A stretch of 64,000 bases of DNA from contig OZ024743.1 in the NCBI GenBank assembly GCA_964016885.1, positions 232,190,001 to 232,254,000 on the forward strand, in the 5' to 3' direction. Origin of the DNA: Eledone cirrhosa (lineage: Eukaryota). A model generated the notes under the pieces. The model was not told the origin of the DNA. It was given only the letters and a program-made list of their open reading frames with translations, and made no database searches. Positions 59,001 through 64,000 of this stretch are shown piece by piece; positions within the stretch are counted from its first letter, which is position 1; each line of letters starts with the position of its first letter. The position numbers were made by a program, and so were the translations under genes.

Positions 59001-62000
59001 TGTGTGTCAGTGTATGTCAGTGTGTGTATGTTTGTGTGTCTGTGTATGTCAGTGTGTGTATGTCTGTGTGTCAGTGTATGTCAGTGTGTGTATGGCTGTG
59101 TGTCAGTGTATGTCAGTGTGTGTATGTTTGTGTGTCTGTGTATGTCAGTGTGTGTATGTCTGTGTGTCAGTGTATGTCAGTGTGTGTATGTCTGTGTGTC
59201 AGTGTATGTCAGTGTGTGTATGTTTGTGTGTCTGTGTATGTCAGTGTGTGTATGTCTGTGTGTCAGTGTATGTCAGTGTGTGTATGTCTTTGTGTCAGTG
59301 TATGTCAGTGTGTGTATGTTTGTGTGTCTGTGTATGCCAGTGTGTGTATGTCTGTGTGTCTGTGTACGTCAGTGTGTGTATGTCTGTGTGTCAGTGTATG
59401 TCAGTGTGTGTATGTCTGTGTGTCAGTGTATGTCTGTGTGTCAGTGTATGTCAGTGTGCGTATGTTTGTGTGTCTGTGTATGTCAGAGTGTGTATGTCTG
59501 TGTGTCAGTGTATGTCTGTGTGTCAGTGTATGTCAGTGTGTGTATGTTTGTGTGTCTGTGTATGTCAGTGTGTTTATGTCTGTGTGTCAGTGTATGTCAG
59601 TGTGTGTATGTCTGTGTTTCAGTGTATGTCAGTGTGTGTATGTTTCTGTGTCAGTGTATGTCAGTGTGTGTATGTCTGTGTGTCATTGTATGTCAGTGTG
59701 TGTATGTCTGTGTGTCAGTGTATGTCAGTGTGTGTATGTCAGTGTGTCTGTGTATGTCAGAGTGTGTATTCTGTGTGTCAGTGTATGTCTGTGTGTCAGT
59801 GTATGTCAGTGTGTGTATGCTTGTGTGTCAGTGTGTGTATGTTTGTGTGTTGGTGTATGTCAGTGTGTGTATGTTTGTGTGCCTGTGTATGTCAGTGTGT
59901 GTATGTTTCTGTGTCAGTGTATGTCAGTGTGTGTATGTTTGTGTGTCAGTGTATGTCAGTGTGTGTATGTTTGTGTCAGTGTATGTCAGTGTGTGTATGT
60001 TTGTGTGTCAGTGTGTGTCAGTGTATGCCAGTGTGTGTATGTTTGTGTGTCAGTGTATGTCAGTGTATGTGAGTGTGTGTATGTTTGTGTATGGGTGTTT
60101 GTCAGTGTATGTATGCTTGTGTGTCAGTGTATGTCAGTGTGTGTATGGGTGTGTGTCAGTGGGTGTCAGTGTGTGTATGTTTGTGTGTCAGTGTGTGTAT
60201 GTGTGTGTATCCCATGTATGGGTGCACACCGCATGTATGCGCGTGTGTGTCAGTGTGTGTCTACTTTTGTGTCTCTGTGTGTCAGTGTGTGTATGTTTGT
60301 GCACCACGTATATGTTTGCGTACTGTGTGTGTGTCAGTGTGTGTCAGTGTATGTCAGTGTGTGTCAGTGTATGTCAGTGTGTGTATCATTGTGTTAGTGT
60401 ATATCAGTGTGTGTATGTTTTTGTGTCAGTGTATGTCAGTGTGTGTATGTTTGTGTGTCAGTGTATGTCAGTGTGTGTATGTTTTTGTGTCAGTGTATGT
60501 CAGTGTGTGTATGTTTGTGTGTCAGTGTATGTCAGTGTGTGTATGTTTGTGTGTCTGTGTATGTCAGTGTGTGTATGTCTGTGTGTCAGTGTATGTCAGT
60601 GTGTGTATGTCTGTGTGTCAGTGTATGTCAGTGTGTGTATGTTTGTGTGTCTGTGTATGTCAGTGTGTGTATGTCTGTGTGTCAGTGTATGTCAGTGTGT
60701 GTATGTCTGTGTGTCAGTGTATGTCAGTGTGTGTATGTTTGTGTGTCTGTGTATGTCAGTGTGTGTATGTCTGTGTGTCAGTGTATGTCAGTGTGTGTAT
60801 GTCTGTGTGTCAGTGTATGTCAGTGTGTGTATGTTTGTGTGTCTGTGTATGTCAGTGTGTGTATGTCTGTGTGTCTGTGTATGTCAGTGTGTGTATGTCT
60901 GTGTGTCAGTGTATGTCAGTGTGTGTATGTCTGTGTGTCAGTGTATGTCTGTGTGTCAGTGTATGTCAGTGTGCGTATGTTTGTGTGTCTGTGTATGTCA
61001 GAGTGTGTATGTCTGTGTGTCAGTGTATGTCTGTGTGTCAGTGTATGTCAGTGTGTGTATGTTTGTGTGTCTGTGTATGTCAGTGTGTGTATGTCTGTGT
61101 GTCAGTGTATGTCAGTGTGTGTATGTCTGTGTTTCAGTGTATGTCAGTGTGTGTATGTTTGTGTGTCAGTGTATGTCAGTGTGTGTATGTCTGTGTGTCA
61201 GTGTATGTCAGTGTGTGTATGTCTGTGTGTCAGTGTATGTCAGTGTGTGTATGTCAGTGTGTCTGTGTATGTCAGAGTGTGTATGCTTGTGTGTCAGTGT
61301 GTGTATGTTTGTGTGTTGGTGTATGTCAGTGTGTGTATGTTTGTGTGCCTGTGTATGTCAGTGTGTGTATGTTTGTGTGTCAGTGTATGTCAGTGTGTGT
61401 ATGCTTGTGTGTCAGTGTGTGTATGTTTGTGTGTTGGTGTATGTCAGTGTGTGTATGTTTGTGTGCCTGTGTATGTCAGTGTGTGTATGTTTGTGTGTCA
61501 GTGTATGTCAGTGTGTGTATGTTTGTGTATCAGTGTGTGTCAGTGTGTGTATGTTTGTGTGTCAGTGTATGTCAGTGTATGTATGATTGTGTGTCAGTGT
61601 GTATCAGTGTGTGTATGTTTGTATGTCAGTGTATGTCAGTGTATGTATGATTGTGTGTCAGTGTGTGTCAGTGTATGTCAGTCTGTGTGTATGTGTGTCA
61701 GTGTGCGTATGTTTGTGTGTCAGTGTATGTCAGTGTGTGTATGTTTGTGTGTCAGTGTATGTCAGTGTGTGTATATTTGTGTGTCAGTGTATGTCAGTGT
61801 GTGTATGTTTGTGTGTCAGTGTATGTCAGTGTGTGTCTGTTTGTGTGTCTGTGTATGTCAGTGTGTGTATGTTTGTGTGTCAGTGTATGTCAGTGTGTGT
61901 ATGTTTGTGTGTCTGTGTATGTCAGTGTGTGTATGTTTGTGTGTCAGTGTATGTCAGTGCGTGTATGTTTGTGTGTCTGTGTATGTCTGTGTGTGTATGT

Positions 62001-62945
62001 TTGTGTGTCAGTGTGTGTCAGTGTGTGTATGTGTGTGTGTCTGTGTATGTCAGTGTGTGTGTCAGTGTATGTCAGTGTGTGTATGTTTGTGTGTCTGTGT
62101 ATGTCAGTGTGTGTATGTTTGTGTGTCAGTGTATGTCAGTGTGTGTATGTTTGTGTGTCAGTGTATGTCAGTGTGTGTATGTTTTTGTCTCAGTGTATGT
62201 CAGTGTGTGTATGTTTGTGTGTCAGTGCATGTCAGTGTGTATGTTTGTGTGTCAGTGTGTGTCAGTGTGTGTATATCTGTGTGTCAGTGTATGTCAGTGT
62301 GTGTATGTTTGTGTGTCAGTGTGTGTCAGTGTGTGTATGCTTGTGTGTCAGTGTGTGTATGTTTGTGTGTCAGTGTGTGTCAGTGTTTGTTTGTGTGTCA
62401 GTGTGTGTATGTTTGTGTGTCAGTGTATGTCAGTGTGTGTATGTTTGTGTGTCTGTGTATGTCAGTGTGTGTATGCTTGTGTGTCTGTGTATGTCAGTGT
62501 GTGTATGCTTGTGTGTCAGTGTGTGTATGTCAGTGTGTATGTGTATGTCAGTGTGTATGTTTGTGTGTCAGTGTATGTTTGTGTGTCAGTGTGTGTCAGT
62601 GTGTGTATGTTTGTGTGTCAGTGTATGTCAGTGTGTGTATGTTTGTGTGTCAGTGTGTGTCAGTGTGTGTATGTTTGTGTGTCAGTGTATGTCAGTGTGT
62701 GTATGTTTGTGTGTCAGTGTATGTCAGCGTGTGTATGTTTGTGTGTCAGTGTATGTCAGTGTGTGTTTGTTTGTGTGTCAGTGTATGTCAGTGTGTATGT
62801 GTGTGTGTCAGTGTATGTCAGTGTGTGTATGTTTGTGTGTCAGTGTATGTCAGTGTGTGTATGTCTGTGTGTCAGTGTATGTCAGTGTGTATGTGTGTGT
62901 GTCAGTGTATGTCAGTGTGTATGTGTGTGTGTCACTGTATGTTTG
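56060..62945. repeat. Complex TG-rich satellite (TGTCAG-containing ~10-bp subunits, 63-bp and ~32-bp units, larger duplicated blocks)
   Basis: ACCCCGT recurs every ~63 bp at 56078-56391; marker TCCCATGTATG..TGCACACCGCATG at ~56861, 57981, 58695 and 60210. Confidence 0.97.
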
Positions 62946-63251
62946 AGTATACTCATGAGATTATTAATGAATGTATCTATAATTAGTGAACTTCTTTTTC
63001 ACATGTGATTCATTATATTGTTCCCTCAAGAAAATATACGCATGTGGGTGTATATAAGTAGGCAGAATTTCGAAGTATATATACACACATACATATATAC
63101 CAACATACATATATATATAGAAGTACATACATACATTAATATATTATATTTCGTGTCGAAAGTTTAGTACTATAATGTTCTGAGACATTGTACTAATATA
63201 TTTTTAACCTTCATATAGTAGTATATATATGTGTGTGTATGTATGTATGTA

Positions 63252-63439
<188 letters not shown>

Positions 63440-63446
63440 TATATAA

Positions 63447-63510
<64 letters not shown>

Positions 63511-63523
63511 TTATATATATATA

Positions 63524-63715
63524 TGAAAAGGTATGACCCCGATGGCAGAGCTCAAGCCGTTTCGACGGCTATTTCTAGAGATAGCCGTCGAAACGGCTTG
63601 AGCTCTGCCGTTGGGGTCATACCTTTTCCTATTACCCACTCTACTACCCTAAGTATTGAGAACTCTGGTGCGTTATGATCCATCTGGTTCCTTATCACAA
63701 TTCCATCGTTTTTTA
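63524..63715. mobile_element. Short foldback element (family of 19143-19303)
   Basis: ~50-bp-arm palindrome GAAAAGGTATGACCCC...GGGGTCATACCTTTTC plus a tail that is the reverse complement of 19150-19230. Confidence 0.8.
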
Positions 63716-63730
63716 TTGTTTTTTTTTTAT

Positions 63731-63920
63731 GTGGATTGGCAGTATCGGTAGAGGGTCGGACGCCATGCTTTGAAGCATAGAGTTACCTCCCTGTATGATC
63801 TGAGTTCAAATCCCGCCGAGATTAACTTTGCCTTTCATCCTTACGGGGGCGATAAAATAAAGTACCAGTAATGCACTGGGGCTGGGGATTTGCTGGCCTT
63901 GTGCCAAAAACTAGAAACAG
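63731..63920 (+). mobile_element. Family A SINE, near full length
   Basis: A-box-like TGGCAGTATCGG, B box GAGTTCAAATCCC, central domain and 3' end all present. Confidence 0.9.
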
Positions 63921-63973
<53 letters not shown>

Positions 63974-64000
63974 TGTAAGTATATATATATATATATACAT

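Overview
AT-rich animal DNA made almost entirely of repeats, with no host gene that I can support. The SINE types and the extreme (TA)n content suggest a cephalopod such as Octopus (inference). Most ORF-track entries are artefacts of microsatellites. The real coding content is retroelement-derived: four Penelope-like elements (PLEs; RT plus GIY-YIG endonuclease) of a YRDD clade, one of them nearly intact at 31917-36697, one Neptune-type PLE, and several RTE LINE fragments. There are also tRNA-derived SINEs, two non-autonomous Helitrons, MITEs and a 7-kb TG-based satellite. The main signal is about 35 hand-identified type I hammerhead ribozyme (HHR) motifs from roughly a dozen families, nearly all in short elements inserted into (TA)n tracts. 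Two sit in near-identical head-to-tail arrays with one HHR per monomer: a 310-bp unit (~9.6 copies plus an inverted copy) and a 591-bp unit (~3.3 copies, U3-A8 core variant). Both resemble retrozymes (circular-RNA-forming non-autonomous retroelements), probably mobilised by the neighbouring PLEs. All structures were paired by eye, not computed.
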